Positions 45,904 through 55,896 of a DNA stretch of 64,000 bases are shown in pieces (within the stretch, counting starts at the first letter, position 1; every line of letters starts with the position of its first letter). The DNA is taken from positions 160,001 to 224,000 of the forward strand of contig DASCPX010000016.1 of NCBI GenBank assembly GCA_036012755.1. Reading direction: 5' to 3'. The translations under genes were made by a program, and so were the position numbers. A model generated the notes under the pieces. The model saw nothing but the letters and a program-made list of their open reading frames with translations, had not been told where the DNA came from and did not search any database. The stretch is from Myxococcota bacterium. Lineage in GTDB: Bacteria; Myxococcota_A; UBA796; CAJQPC01.

Positions 45904-47225
45904 GCTGGACCGGAGACCACCAGGGACTCGCGCTCTCGGATCAGCGGCGGAGCTGGACCTATTCCCAGCTCCGGGACGAGGCCGCGCGCTGGGCCGGCAC
46001 CCTCGCGGCCCGCGGCGTCGAGGCAGGAGACCGCGTGGCGCTGCTCGCCAGGAACCGCGGCGAGTTCATCGTCCTGCTGCTTTCCTGCGAGCACCTCGGC
46101 GCGATCTTCCAGCCGATGAACTGGAGGCTGTCCGAGGCAGAGCTCGACTGGCAGATCGCGGACTCGACCCCCCGAGTCGTGCTGCGCGACGCGGACCTCG
46201 ACGAGGGCCCCGGCGACGCGGCGATCCGCGGTGACGAGCGCGCCGAGACCGAGCCCTGGATGCTGCTCTACACCTCTGGCACGACCGGCAAGCCGAAGGG
46301 AGCCCTGATCACTCACGGGCAGGTCCGGGCCAACGCCGCGGTCACCCTCGGGGCCTGCGAGCTGACCGCCGAGGACAGCACGCTGACCTTCACGCCCCTG
46401 TTCCACACCGGCGGCCTGAACTGCCTCACGACGCCGCTGTTGCGCGTCGGTGGTCACGTGGTCCTGCGCCCCTCTCTGGAGGACGCGCTTGATGTCATCC
46501 GGGACGAGGGCATCACGCTGTTGACCGGCGTGCCGACGATCTACCAGTTCCTCTCCGAGCGTCCCGGCTTCTCCGAGGCGATGGGTTCTGTTCGGGACGC
46601 CCTCTGCGGCGGGGCCCCGCTGTCGCTGACGCTGCTCCAGACCTACCTCGAGCTCGGCATCCCGCTGCGGCAGGGCTTCGGCCTCACGGAGGTGGGGCCC
46701 AACTGCTTCTCCACGCCACCGCAGCGCGTGCGCGAGAAGCTCGGGACCGTCGGTCGACTCGTGCCCGGGCTGGAGGCCCGCCTCGTCGACGGCGAGCTTC
46801 AGCTGCGCGGCCCGATGGTCTTCGGCGGCTACTGGGGCCACCCTCCCCACGAGGGCTGGTTTCACACCGGCGACGTCCTGCAGGTCGACGACGAGGGCTT
46901 CTGGTCCGTCACAGGGCGCAAGAAGGAGATGTTCATCTCCGGCGGAGAGAACGTCTACCCGGCCGAGGTCGAGGCAGCGCTCTATGCCTGCGGCGGCATC
47001 GCCCAGTGCGCGGTCATCGGCGTGGAGGACGAGCGCTGGGGCGAGGTCGGACGAGCCTTCGTCGAGCCCAGTCCGGGGGCGACGCTCTCGCCAGAGGCTC
47101 TCCACGGTGCCCTCCAAGGACGCCTGGCCCGCTACAAGCAGCCCAAGCGCATCGAGGTGCTGGCTTCGCTGCCCCGCACTCCCAGCGGCAAGATCGACAA
47201 GCAGCGACTCGGAGAGATGCCGTGA
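45900..47225 (+). CDS. Acyl-CoA synthetase (AMP-binding, FadK/MenE-like)
   Basis: YTSGTTGKPKG; PLFHTGG; QGFGLTE; FHTGD; GRKKEMFISGGENVYPAEVE; SGKIDK. Confidence 0.92.
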   Translation: MSWTGDHQGLALSDQRRSWTYSQLRDEAARWAGTLAARGVEAGDRVALLARNRGEFIVLLLSCEHLGAIFQPMNWRLSEAELDWQIADSTPRVVLRDADLDEGPGDAAIRGDERAETEPWMLLYTSGTTGKPKGALITHGQVRANAAVTLGACELTAEDSTLTFTPLFHTGGLNCLTTPLLRVGGHVVLRPSLEDALDVIRDEGITLLTGVPTIYQFLSERPGFSEAMGSVRDALCGGAPLSLTLLQTYLELGIPLRQGFGLTEVGPNCFSTPPQRVREKLGTVGRLVPGLEARLVDGELQLRGPMVFGGYWGHPPHEGWFHTGDVLQVDDEGFWSVTGRKKEMFISGGENVYPAEVEAALYACGGIAQCAVIGVEDERWGEVGRAFVEPSPGATLSPEALHGALQGRLARYKQPKRIEVLASLPRTPSGKIDKQRLGEMP

Positions 47226-47704
47226 TCCTGCTCCTTCTGGCCTGCCTTCCAGAGGATGTCGCGCTCGACGACTCCGTCCCGGTCCTCGACGACACCGCCG
47301 CCGCGAGCACCGAGCCCCTCTACGGCCAGTGGATCTCCGACGGAGCGGACATCAGCCCGCTGTTTTCCGGCGCACCCTTCGAGTACCTGAGCATCGACGC
47401 TGTCTTCGGGGACGAGGGCTACGAGGTGGTCGGCCACACGGCAGACGACGACTACACCTTCGCCGGGACCTTCACGATCGACACCTCGAGCACTCCAGCC
47501 TCGATCGAGCTCATCCAGACCCAGCCCGGAAACGCCGTGGCCCGGGGCATCTACCTCGTCGAGGACGAGGTGCTCACCTACGAGGTCGTCCAGGTCGAGC
47601 CGGACTATGGCTACGCGCCCCCGACCCCGGAGGAGGGCTTCGGCTCCACCACCGGCCCCAACCTCTCAGAGGGCGACAACGTGCAGGTCTACCGCAGACC
47701 GTGA
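47222..47704 (+). CDS. Small beta-rich (lipocalin-like?) lipoprotein
   Basis: GTGA-coupled; MILLLLAC; LYGQW motif; beta-strand pattern. Confidence 0.7.
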   Translation: MILLLLACLPEDVALDDSVPVLDDTAAASTEPLYGQWISDGADISPLFSGAPFEYLSIDAVFGDEGYEVVGHTADDDYTFAGTFTIDTSSTPASIELIQTQPGNAVARGIYLVEDEVLTYEVVQVEPDYGYAPPTPEEGFGSTTGPNLSEGDNVQVYRRP

Positions 47705-49119
47705 TCTGGATCTGTGCCGCATTCGCGCGAGAGCCGGTCGAGGCCCTGAGGCCCGTCGAGGAGCCCCCGGATGTGGGCCTCGACTTCGTGGGGCTCGCCC
47801 AGGTCAAGACCTCGGGCACGAACGTGGCCACCACGAACGCCTTCCTCGATGGGCAGGTCATCGGCGTGATCGACGGGGACTCGGGCGCAGACGCCGGGGA
47901 CTCCCTGAGCCACTTCAGCGAACAGCGCGTGGCGGCTTTTCTGGGCTACCGTCCGCCGCTGTTGGATGGCCACGCGGCCCTTCACGGCGGCTTCGAGATC
48001 GACTTCGCCTTTGGAGACGCCGCCTACGGCATCGGGGGCAACACCGGCGGCGGCTTCGGCGGCGACCAGGTGAACCTCCAGACCCGCCGCCTCTACGTCG
48101 AGGTCGACAGCCAGCTCTTGCGACACGAGCAGGACTGGAGGGTGGGCCTGCACTTCGTGAGCGACGGCGTCGGACTCCCGGAGGAGGGCCTCGACGCCAT
48201 CTTCCGCAGCGGAGCACGCGGCACGGTCTTTGCCAGCGAGGCAGCCGGCGCCTCGCTCCACGGGCAGCTCCCCGAGCGCTTGCGATACAGGCTCGGGGTC
48301 TACAAGCTCGTCGAGAACGCCAGCTCGCAGCCGGACGACGTCACCCTGGGCATGGGGGATGTCGAGCTGCAACCCGGCTGGCGCACGCGGGTGGGCCTGC
48401 ACGCCTGGTACCTGCGAGATCGCTCGGATGGCCAGGGCGGCGCCCTGGGCGTGGGGCCTTCATCCTCGACCTCGGCGCTCCAGGGGGGCCCCTCTCTGGA
48501 CGTCGATGGGGACGTAGACGTCACCTGGCTGGGGGCCGACGCCGGCTGGAACGCGGACCTGCGCCGCGGTGACCTCGGAGCCCACGGCGTCGCCTTGGCT
48601 CACCTCGGCTCCCTCGGCGACGTCGACGCCCAGGGCTTCAGCGCCAACGGCGAGGCCCGCTGGCGTTGGACCGCGGGCAAGGGCAGCGTGCTCCGGGCAG
48701 AGGTCCTCTATGCCACTGGCGATTCCGTGTCTGATGTCGGCTACACCGGCGTCCTCACCGGAAACACCTGGGGCATCGCGGGGGCCAACCACACCACCCA
48801 CGGCACCCTGTTGCTGCACCCGGATCTCTTCTCTATCAACCGCCAGGTGAGCCACACCGGCGACCTGGCGGCCTCTGGGCGGGGCCAGCTCAGCTTCACC
48901 GGGTCACTGGGCTACGACCCCGTCCCAGACCGCCTGACCGTCCAGTTCGGCGGTGGTCACGCGAGCTATGGCGGCGGGACCTCGGCCCAGGAGATCAACC
49001 TCCGGGTGCTCGGCGAGCCCTACCTGTTCATGCGGACCGGTCTCTCCGGCGCCTACCTCGCGAGGCCGGGCACGGACGCCTGGATCGTCTACGCCTCCTT
49101 CGACTGGCTGGTGATCTGA
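47701..49119 (+). CDS. Putative outer-membrane beta-barrel (porin/channel)
   Basis: GTGA-coupled; MIWICAAFA; amphipathic strands; FEIDFAFGD...NLQTRRLY; aromatic-rich end YASFDWLVI. Confidence 0.72.
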   Translation: MIWICAAFAREPVEALRPVEEPPDVGLDFVGLAQVKTSGTNVATTNAFLDGQVIGVIDGDSGADAGDSLSHFSEQRVAAFLGYRPPLLDGHAALHGGFEIDFAFGDAAYGIGGNTGGGFGGDQVNLQTRRLYVEVDSQLLRHEQDWRVGLHFVSDGVGLPEEGLDAIFRSGARGTVFASEAAGASLHGQLPERLRYRLGVYKLVENASSQPDDVTLGMGDVELQPGWRTRVGLHAWYLRDRSDGQGGALGVGPSSSTSALQGGPSLDVDGDVDVTWLGADAGWNADLRRGDLGAHGVALAHLGSLGDVDAQGFSANGEARWRWTAGKGSVLRAEVLYATGDSVSDVGYTGVLTGNTWGIAGANHTTHGTLLLHPDLFSINRQVSHTGDLAASGRGQLSFTGSLGYDPVPDRLTVQFGGGHASYGGGTSAQEINLRVLGEPYLFMRTGLSGAYLARPGTDAWIVYASFDWLVI

Positions 49120-50048
49120 TGCCCCTGAACGCCTTGTTCTTCGGCCTGGCCTGCGCGCCCCGGTATGGCTCCGCGCCACCGCTGGCGCCATCCGAGCTCC
49201 ACGCGCCCCTCCCCGTGTCCCACGTCGATCTCGACGGTGTCCGTGTCGCCTACGCGAGCGCAGGGGAAGGCACGGCCCTGGTCTTCCTGCACGGCCTGTC
49301 CTCCTACATGGGCTACTGGGAGCACCAGCTCCCACACTTCGCACAGTCCCACCAGGTCTTCGCGCTCGACCTCCCGGGCTACGGGATGTCGTCACGCCCG
49401 GACGCGCCCTACACGCCTCCCTGGTTCGCCCAGACGGTGGTGGACTGGATGGACGAGGTGGGCTTGTCCTCAGCGGTCTTCGTGGGCCACTCGATGGGCG
49501 GACAGGTCGCCCTGACCCTCGCGCTCGAGCACCCAGAGCGTGTAGACGCCCTCGTGCTCGCTGCCCCCGCCGGAATCGAGACCTTCTCTCCGGGCGCCGC
49601 TGACTGGATGAAGGGCTGGTGGACCGAGTCCAGGGCCATGGAGTCCACGGAAGAGGACATCCGCGCCACGATGACCACCATGGTGTTCAACGTCCACGAC
49701 GAGGGCGTCGAGCGGCTCATCGAGGAGCGGGTTCGGCTGGGTCGTCACGAGGACTTCGGCGGCACCTCGGTGGCCGTCTCCCGCAGCATCGCGGGCATGC
49801 TCGACCACCCGGTCGCCGGGCGCCTGTCCGAGGTCTCCGCCCCGACGCTCATCGTCTTCGGCGAGGACGATCGCATGATCCCGAACCCGGTCTTCACCGG
49901 CGGCCGCACCTCGGCCATCGCGAAGCAGGGGCAGCGGTCCATTCCGGGCTCCTCGCTGGTCCTGGTCCCGAGGGCCGGCCACACCGTGCACCACGACGAC
50001 CCCGGCGCATTCAACGACGCAGTCGAGCGCTTCCTGGAGGGCCTGTGA
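49119..50048 (+). CDS. Alpha/beta hydrolase lipoprotein
   Basis: FFGLAC; FLHGL; DLPGYG; GHSMGG; GEDDRMIP; AGH. Confidence 0.88.
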   Translation: MPLNALFFGLACAPRYGSAPPLAPSELHAPLPVSHVDLDGVRVAYASAGEGTALVFLHGLSSYMGYWEHQLPHFAQSHQVFALDLPGYGMSSRPDAPYTPPWFAQTVVDWMDEVGLSSAVFVGHSMGGQVALTLALEHPERVDALVLAAPAGIETFSPGAADWMKGWWTESRAMESTEEDIRATMTTMVFNVHDEGVERLIEERVRLGRHEDFGGTSVAVSRSIAGMLDHPVAGRLSEVSAPTLIVFGEDDRMIPNPVFTGGRTSAIAKQGQRSIPGSSLVLVPRAGHTVHHDDPGAFNDAVERFLEGL

Positions 50049-51721
50049 TCTGGATCGCGACCGCGCTGGCGACCACCGACTTCACCGGTACGCCCGTCAC
50101 CACCTACACCGGCGAGGAGACCTTCCTCCAGGACGGCTCCGTGCAGCTGTGGGGGCAGATCGAGCTCCACGAAGACGGAGACCGCCTGCTGTTTGTGCAA
50201 GAGGACTTCAACGACTCGCTGGAGTGGCCAGCGGACAGCGACTGGGCTCCGTGGATCCACCAGATGTTCGGCACGGGGGACCCTCACTCCTCGAACTTCC
50301 TGCTGCACTCGGCCCCGCTGGAGCCCATCTCGGAGGGCACGCCCATCCTGCTCGTCCCCGGGGCCGGAGACAACGGCAGCCGTGGCTTCATCGTGATGGC
50401 CTCGCGCCTGGACGGCAGCGGGCGGCCCGTGTTCGTCCTGACCTTCGCCCACCCCCACGGCGATGTCTTCATGCAGGCCGAGATCGTAGCGGATGCCATC
50501 GAGCGCATCAGACAGCGGCGAGGCGTCTCCCAGGTCGACGTGGTAGGCCACAGCAAGGGAGCCATCGCCGCCGCCGTCTACGCCAGCAACCACTCTTCGG
50601 CCTCCTGGCCGAGCAGCGCCTATGAGCAGGTCGGGACCGAATATGCGAACGATATTCGCCGGTTCGTTGCGATCGGTGCTCCCCTGGACGGCATCGACAC
50701 CGCCTACCGGTGGCCGGCCCAGAACTGGCTCTCTCTGGAGAGCGACGAGGCCTTCTCGCCCTCGTCCTGGAGCACCTACTACCCCTACACGACTGCCAAC
50801 CTGTACGTGACGCAGGACCTCTCCGAGCAGGACCACCTCTCTGATGGGGGCGACCTCTTTCCAGGCCACCGCCAGCTGCTTCGGCGCCAGGCGCACGCCC
50901 TGCCGGGTGAGTCCTTCCTCGGTCCGTACTCGGTCCAGCAGGACTGGTACACGACCTACGAGGGCGGCCTTGGCTACGTCAGCTGGAGCGAGGGCATCGA
51001 CGCGGCCATCGACGACGCCGGCGACTTGCTGGCGGCGCTCGAGGAAAACGGCGTCGATCCAGAGGTCGAGCTCTTCGTGCTCGCCGGAGAGAACCCGCTC
51101 TTGCACAACGGCGCTGAGTACCAGTGGATCGCAGCCTTTGGAGAGAGCTGGGTGGACGTGGCCACCGCTGGCCTCGACGCGTGGGCCGAGCTGCTGGCAG
51201 AGGCCGCGGAGGAGGCTGGAGTCGTGGACATCGACCCGGACGAGCTCCGTGGGCTGGTGCAGGGCAAGCTCGTGCTCGGCGAGATCAGCGGGCCCTCCGA
51301 CGGCCTGGTGTTCCTCTCCAGCGCGACGCGGGTCGAGACCCTCACCGGCCGAGGAGCGAGCGTCGGAGAGCTCCGCGTGGTCGACCTGGCCCACCTCGAT
51401 CTGCTCTATGCCTCTGAGATCACCGGACAGATCCTCATCGACGCCGGCGAGGCCGATCCAACGGAGGACGGCTGGATGCGGGCCGTCGGCGAGCGGTATG
51501 TCGAGGCGGACACCCTCGGCTGGGTCGAGACGGTCCTCGCCGATCCCGACACCGACGAACCCGACATCGACGACACGGGGTTCGTCGAGGACGACGACCC
51601 TGGCGATCCGGACGGCTCCGGGCGCCTTGCCCGCAACTGTGATGGATGCGCCAGCGGCACCGGGGCCCTCGGCGCGGCCTGGCTGGGGCTCCTGGTGCTG
51701 CGGAGGAGACGATGGAGTTGA
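50045..51721 (+). CDS. Secreted lipase/esterase-like hydrolase with MYXO-CTERM-like sorting tail
   Basis: MIWIATALA; PILLVPG; VGHSKG; SDGLV; AHLDL; C-terminus CDGCASG...WLGLLVLRRRR. Confidence 0.8.
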   Translation: MIWIATALATTDFTGTPVTTYTGEETFLQDGSVQLWGQIELHEDGDRLLFVQEDFNDSLEWPADSDWAPWIHQMFGTGDPHSSNFLLHSAPLEPISEGTPILLVPGAGDNGSRGFIVMASRLDGSGRPVFVLTFAHPHGDVFMQAEIVADAIERIRQRRGVSQVDVVGHSKGAIAAAVYASNHSSASWPSSAYEQVGTEYANDIRRFVAIGAPLDGIDTAYRWPAQNWLSLESDEAFSPSSWSTYYPYTTANLYVTQDLSEQDHLSDGGDLFPGHRQLLRRQAHALPGESFLGPYSVQQDWYTTYEGGLGYVSWSEGIDAAIDDAGDLLAALEENGVDPEVELFVLAGENPLLHNGAEYQWIAAFGESWVDVATAGLDAWAELLAEAAEEAGVVDIDPDELRGLVQGKLVLGEISGPSDGLVFLSSATRVETLTGRGASVGELRVVDLAHLDLLYASEITGQILIDAGEADPTEDGWMRAVGERYVEADTLGWVETVLADPDTDEPDIDDTGFVEDDDPGDPDGSGRLARNCDGCASGTGALGAAWLGLLVLRRRRWS

Positions 51722-52437
51722 GGGACGTCCGAGCGCTGGTGACCGGCGGCGCCAGCGGCATGGGGGCGCACTTCGTCGAGCGGCTCGGGGACGAAGGAGC
51801 CGGAGTCTTCTCCTGCGATATCCAGCCCTTGGACGGCGGGACCGTGGCGGACGTCTCCAGCGAGGAAGACGTGACCCGCTTGTTCCTGGAGGCCGAAGCG
51901 GCTCTGGGCGGGCCGGTGAACCTGCTCGTCAACAACGCCGGGATCATCCGGGACGGCCTGCTCGTCAAGCGCGATCGCGACACGGGAGAGCTCTCGACCA
52001 TGTCGACGACGAAGTGGCAGCAGGTCCTCGACGTGAACCTCACTGGCCCCTTCCTGTGCATGCGGGAGTTCGCTCGGCGGGCCATCGAGAGCGAGACGAA
52101 GCCGGGCCTCGCCGTCAACATGTCCTCCATCAGCCGGGCGGGGAACCCTGGCCAGAGCAACTACGCCGCCGCGAAGGCTGGCCTCGTCGCCGACACCGTG
52201 CTGTGGGCCAGGGAGTTGGCTCGGTACGGACTGCGGGTCGTCGCCATCGCCCCCGGCTTCGTGCGCACGCCGATGGTCGAGTCGATGCCGCCCCAGGCCC
52301 TCGAGCGCGCCCTGAAGCCCGTACCGATGCGTCGCCTCGGCGAGCCGGAGGAGATCTGGACTGCTCTTCGCTTCTGCATCGAGTGCAGCTACTTCACGGG
52401 CCGCGTGGTCGAAGTCGACGGCGGACTTCGCCTATAA
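51712..52437 (+). CDS. SDR, 3-oxoacyl reductase (FabG/PhaB-like)
   Basis: TGGASGMG; NNAGIIRDG; NMSS; GQSNYAAAK; IAPGF. Confidence 0.88.
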   Translation: MELRDVRALVTGGASGMGAHFVERLGDEGAGVFSCDIQPLDGGTVADVSSEEDVTRLFLEAEAALGGPVNLLVNNAGIIRDGLLVKRDRDTGELSTMSTTKWQQVLDVNLTGPFLCMREFARRAIESETKPGLAVNMSSISRAGNPGQSNYAAAKAGLVADTVLWARELARYGLRVVAIAPGFVRTPMVESMPPQALERALKPVPMRRLGEPEEIWTALRFCIECSYFTGRVVEVDGGLRL

Positions 52438-52441
52438 CAGG

Positions 52442-53674
52442 TCAATATTGCTCGATGTTTTCATCGATCCAGGCCAGGCGCGCGGGGATCCACTCCCGGA
52501 TCTTCTCAACCTCTGCGTCGTAGTCTTCGACCACGGGCAGGTAGCCTCCGAGGAAGTCGATGTCGTCCCAGACCCAGACCTCGAAGTTCTCGTAGGCGGC
52601 GTCACCGAGGAGCTCGCGCTGGGCCTCGAAGCGCGCCAGGGCTGCCTCGTCGGACAGCGTGCCCTCGCGGAGCTCGAACCAGCGCGCCGCCAGGGCCTCT
52701 GAGAAGCCCTCTGCGCTGGTCATCCTCGCCACCCACGTCGGTCTGTACAGGATCCAGCCGGTCGGCACGACGTTGTCGTTGTAGGTCGGCTGGCCGAAGG
52801 TGAGGTCGAGGTCCCAGGGGGTGAAGGCCATCAGGCCGGAGGCGTCCCGCCACAGGTGCACGCTCAGGTAGTAGGCGTCGTTGTTCTTCATGAACTCCTG
52901 CAAGAGCACGAAGTCGATCGCCGAGTCCCGATCGAGCACGTCGAAGATGGCGTCGGGATCGTCCAGGATCGCCGCCTGCCAGGAGGCGAGGATCTGTTGG
53001 ATGGCGCTGATCTCCTCGGTGGTCGGCGCCTCTGGGTGGACGGGCGCCCAGGTGCCGAAGCCGACAGCGTCGTTCGGGTAGATCCCGCCCTGGTCGTCGA
53101 GCTTCAGCACGAAGCCCTCTTCGTCGATGTCGATGCGGGCGGCGTCCCGCTTGACCCGCTCGACCAGGAAGTAGATGCCCCAGTCGGCTCCGTCCAGGCG
53201 CAGCTGGCAGGTGCGGCTCTCTGGCCCGTAGTGCTCGGGGCTCCAGTCCTGGTACAGATCGTAGCCGTACTTGTTCCGCGTCAGGGCCCGGTCGATCCAG
53301 GCACCGTTGAGCACCCAGTCGCTCTCTGCGCCCATGCCGAAGAGATCGACCTCGAGGGCCTCTCCGTCCCTGCGCAGCTCGACGGCGTACTGCTTCTTCG
53401 GGAAGCCAGAAGAGCTCCGCCCGCGGATCTCGACCCCTGCCTCCCCGTCGAAGAGCACGAGCCCCTCGGCGTCGGCGATCTCGAGATCACAGTCGATCTT
53501 CGGCTCGTCGGGGATCGCCTGTCCGCAGTCCAGCTCGATGCGGCAGATGCCCTCCGCGACGCCCGGGACGTCCTCGACTCCGCTGTCGTCCGGGTCCTCG
53601 ATGGGGATGGAGTCGGAGTCCACCGGCAGCGAGGGCACGCTCGGGTCGGTGCAGGACAACAAGGCGAGGACCAT
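52442..53674 (-). CDS. CotH kinase family lipoprotein
   Basis: MVLALLSC; IRGRSS..FPKKQY; ESDWVL; DRALTRN; G.Y..VE; KNND; PWDLDLTFG. Confidence 0.88.
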   Translation of the reverse strand: MVLALLSCTDPSVPSLPVDSDSIPIEDPDDSGVEDVPGVAEGICRIELDCGQAIPDEPKIDCDLEIADAEGLVLFDGEAGVEIRGRSSSGFPKKQYAVELRRDGEALEVDLFGMGAESDWVLNGAWIDRALTRNKYGYDLYQDWSPEHYGPESRTCQLRLDGADWGIYFLVERVKRDAARIDIDEEGFVLKLDDQGGIYPNDAVGFGTWAPVHPEAPTTEEISAIQQILASWQAAILDDPDAIFDVLDRDSAIDFVLLQEFMKNNDAYYLSVHLWRDASGLMAFTPWDLDLTFGQPTYNDNVVPTGWILYRPTWVARMTSAEGFSEALAARWFELREGTLSDEAALARFEAQRELLGDAAYENFEVWVWDDIDFLGGYLPVVEDYDAEVEKIREWIPARLAWIDENIEQY

Positions 53675-53907
53675 GCCGCATTGTCACCCGTTTCGCGCCG
53701 ATCACTCCGGTTGATCCGCCCTCGCTGGCCCTGCGCACGCCTGGCGGCGGCAACGAGGCTCGCCGACCTTCGGGTTTGGCAACGCGTCGCCCCGTTGGCC
53801 CTCCTCGAAGTGTCCAGACACGCCTTCGTCGGGCCGTCTACCCAGCCGCACGCATTGCGGCGCGATCATCGAATCAACCTATGTGATCGGCGCGATATCC
53901 TCGCCCC

Positions 53908-54112
53908 ATGTTGGTTCTGTACATGCTGATGGCTCCCACCTGTGCGGGCTTCGGCGACGCGGGCTTCGGCGACGGACTCCGCCAAGAAAGAGTGGCGCGA
54001 GGAGGTCACGGAGCTCCTGTCGGTCCGGGACTGCAGCACCCCGGGCACGGTCGACTTCTACGCCTTCATCGGCGCGAACCACGTCTCGACGACCGTGGAG
54101 TACTCCCAGTGA
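53908..54112 (+). pseudogene. Possible remnant of a secreted-protein gene
   Basis: Signal-like MLVLYMLMAPTCA, then a 15-bp tandem duplication GCGGGCTTCGGCGAC (53944-53973), then an out-of-frame coding-like tail DSAKKEWREE...VEYSQ*. Confidence 0.35.
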
Positions 54113-54241
54113 GTGGGGCTCGGCGGTAGCATCGCCGCCTGGACGGCCACATGATCCTCCTCGCGCTCGCGCAGAGCCTGGACTCGTGAAGGCCGCGGCC
54201 GGCAGACGTACAGCTGAGCGCCGGGGCCTTCAGCTTCTGAG

Positions 54242-54916
54242 TCAGTCTTCGGCCGGGCTCGCGAAGTAGGCGTCGAGCCCCGCGTCCACCGCCCGGGCGA
54301 AGCGGTCCATCGTCTCCTCCTGCTGCCAGGCCTCGACCTCGGCGGGATCCCAGGCGTGGTGGGTCTCGATGATCACGCTCGGCATGGTCGGGCGGCGCAG
54401 CATGCGAAGCCCTCGCCGATCGAGGAAGACGCCGGGGGTCCCTTCCGCGTCGTAGGCGGCCTTGTAGTCGCGGCCGTCGTAGGCCACGAAGTCCTCGGCG
54501 AGCATCCCGTCTGCCAGCGAGCGTGCGAGGCGCAGACGCCCGTCCCGATCCTCTGGCTCGTCGGAGACCAGGATGGTGAAGCCGGGGTGGCCCAGGTTGC
54601 GCATGCACCCATCGACCTCGACGCCCTCCGACGTGGCCCGGGCGTCGGAGTGGAGCGACAGGAAGACCTCTGCGTCCCCTGCTGACGCCACCCGCTCGGC
54701 GTAGCCCGTCTGGTCCTCGCCCTCGCGGGTGAGGCGGACCTCGTACTCGGGCTCCAGGCGCTCCTCGAGCTCCAGGGCCACCCGGAGCATCTCGTCCTGC
54801 TCGGAGAGGCAGGTGGCGCCTGTGTTCCCGGGGTTGTCGGGCTCGCCGTGGCCGGGGTCGATGAGCACGCGGTGGGGACTGGCGAGAGCGACGGGGATCA
54901 GCAGGAGCATGGACAC
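54242..54916 (-). CDS. N-acetylmuramoyl-L-alanine amidase (Amidase_3)
   Basis: VLIDPGHG; E; LTR; FLSLHSDA; PSVIIET. Confidence 0.88.
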   Translation of the reverse strand: MSMLLLIPVALASPHRVLIDPGHGEPDNPGNTGATCLSEQDEMLRVALELEERLEPEYEVRLTREGEDQTGYAERVASAGDAEVFLSLHSDARATSEGVEVDGCMRNLGHPGFTILVSDEPEDRDGRLRLARSLADGMLAEDFVAYDGRDYKAAYDAEGTPGVFLDRRGLRMLRRPTMPSVIIETHHAWDPAEVEAWQQEETMDRFARAVDAGLDAYFASPAED

Positions 54917-54992
54917 GTCGACAGCCTACGGAGCGCTGCGGTTCCATGCTTGCCATCACCACGCCGGTGGAGTGAGCTACGAGCGTGCTTGC

Positions 54993-55686
54993 TCAGTGAC
55001 GGGCAAAGGGCGCTTGCGGCCCGTCGATCGGGTTCCATCGCCAGCCCTCTGGGCTGGGGGCGCCGATCGGGAAGTCGACAGCGGGCTGCGGCGACTCGGG
55101 CCGAGCCTCTGATGGAAGGAAGACGACCATCACCAGCTCACCCTCGAAGGCCAGGTGCTCATCGCCACTGGGCTCGATCGAGTACGAGCGCCAGTACAGG
55201 GCGCGAGACGTGACGGCGAGCTGGTCGAAGAGCATGCCGATGCGGTTCCAGTCGCCGTCGAAGCCCACGCTCATCGCAGGTTCTGTGTGGAATGCGAACT
55301 CGGGACCTTCCAGGTCTTCCGTGGCGACGATCTCCAGCGCAAGGTCGTTCCCGATACCCTCGAGCCGCTCTCGGAGTTTGTCCGCGTAGGGCTCGTCGGG
55401 CACCCGGCGCAGGCGCTCTTTCGCTTCGGCGACCGCGGTCCCCAAGGCCTCTGTGGCGGCGTCTCTGCCCGCGGGGTCCCGCTGGGCTGGCAGCGCGAGC
55501 TCGGCCTTGATGACGACGGCGACATCCCCGTCGAGGTCCTCGGTCGAGATCTCGGGGTTCGACGACGTAGCCGAAGCCCTTGTAGGCAGAGCCGGCTGCC
55601 AGGCATGCCTCGAGGTCACCTCCAGTGCAGGCCTGGGCCAGCTCCTCGGCGAGCGCCCGGTGATCCTCGACTCCGGTGATGGACAT
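54993..55686 (-). pseudogene. Out-of-frame chimera: Sel1-like N-terminus joined to a PilO-like domain
   Basis: ACTGGDLEACLAAG..Y..G..V..DLDR (Sel1-like); frame change near 55540 at GATCTCGAC/GACCTCGAC; then VPDEP...FHTEPAMSVGFDGDW..I..LFD.L....R (PilO-like). Confidence 0.5.
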
Positions 55687-55896
55687 GGGAGGACACTTCG
55701 CGCAGTGGGCCGCGAGGAGAGTCGCCAGGAAGACGTGTCTCTTCGTCGGGTCCTATCTCCTGCAACACGGGCACGCAGTCACCTCGAGACGGCGCGGGGG
55801 TCGAGCTGGAGCTCACCCACCTCTACTGGCACTACTGACGCGCAACATTGCGGGATTCGATCGGCTAATGGTTCGCGCCCCCGGACGCAGGACCCC

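Noticed and set aside
45900..47225. menE or an NRPS adenylation domain
   Set aside because: No other men genes or carrier/condensation domains are present; the context is PHA metabolism.
42222..51721. Long N-terminal extensions on ORF-track calls 42222.., 43924.., 45744.., 46984.. and 49619..
   Set aside because: They overlap the upstream genes in another frame; stop/start overlaps give the real starts (42639, 44530, 45900, 47701, 50045).
53675..54241. tRNA or structured ncRNA in the long intergenic gap
   Set aside because: No cloverleaf, T-loop motif or riboswitch consensus was recognised; it looks more like a gene remnant.
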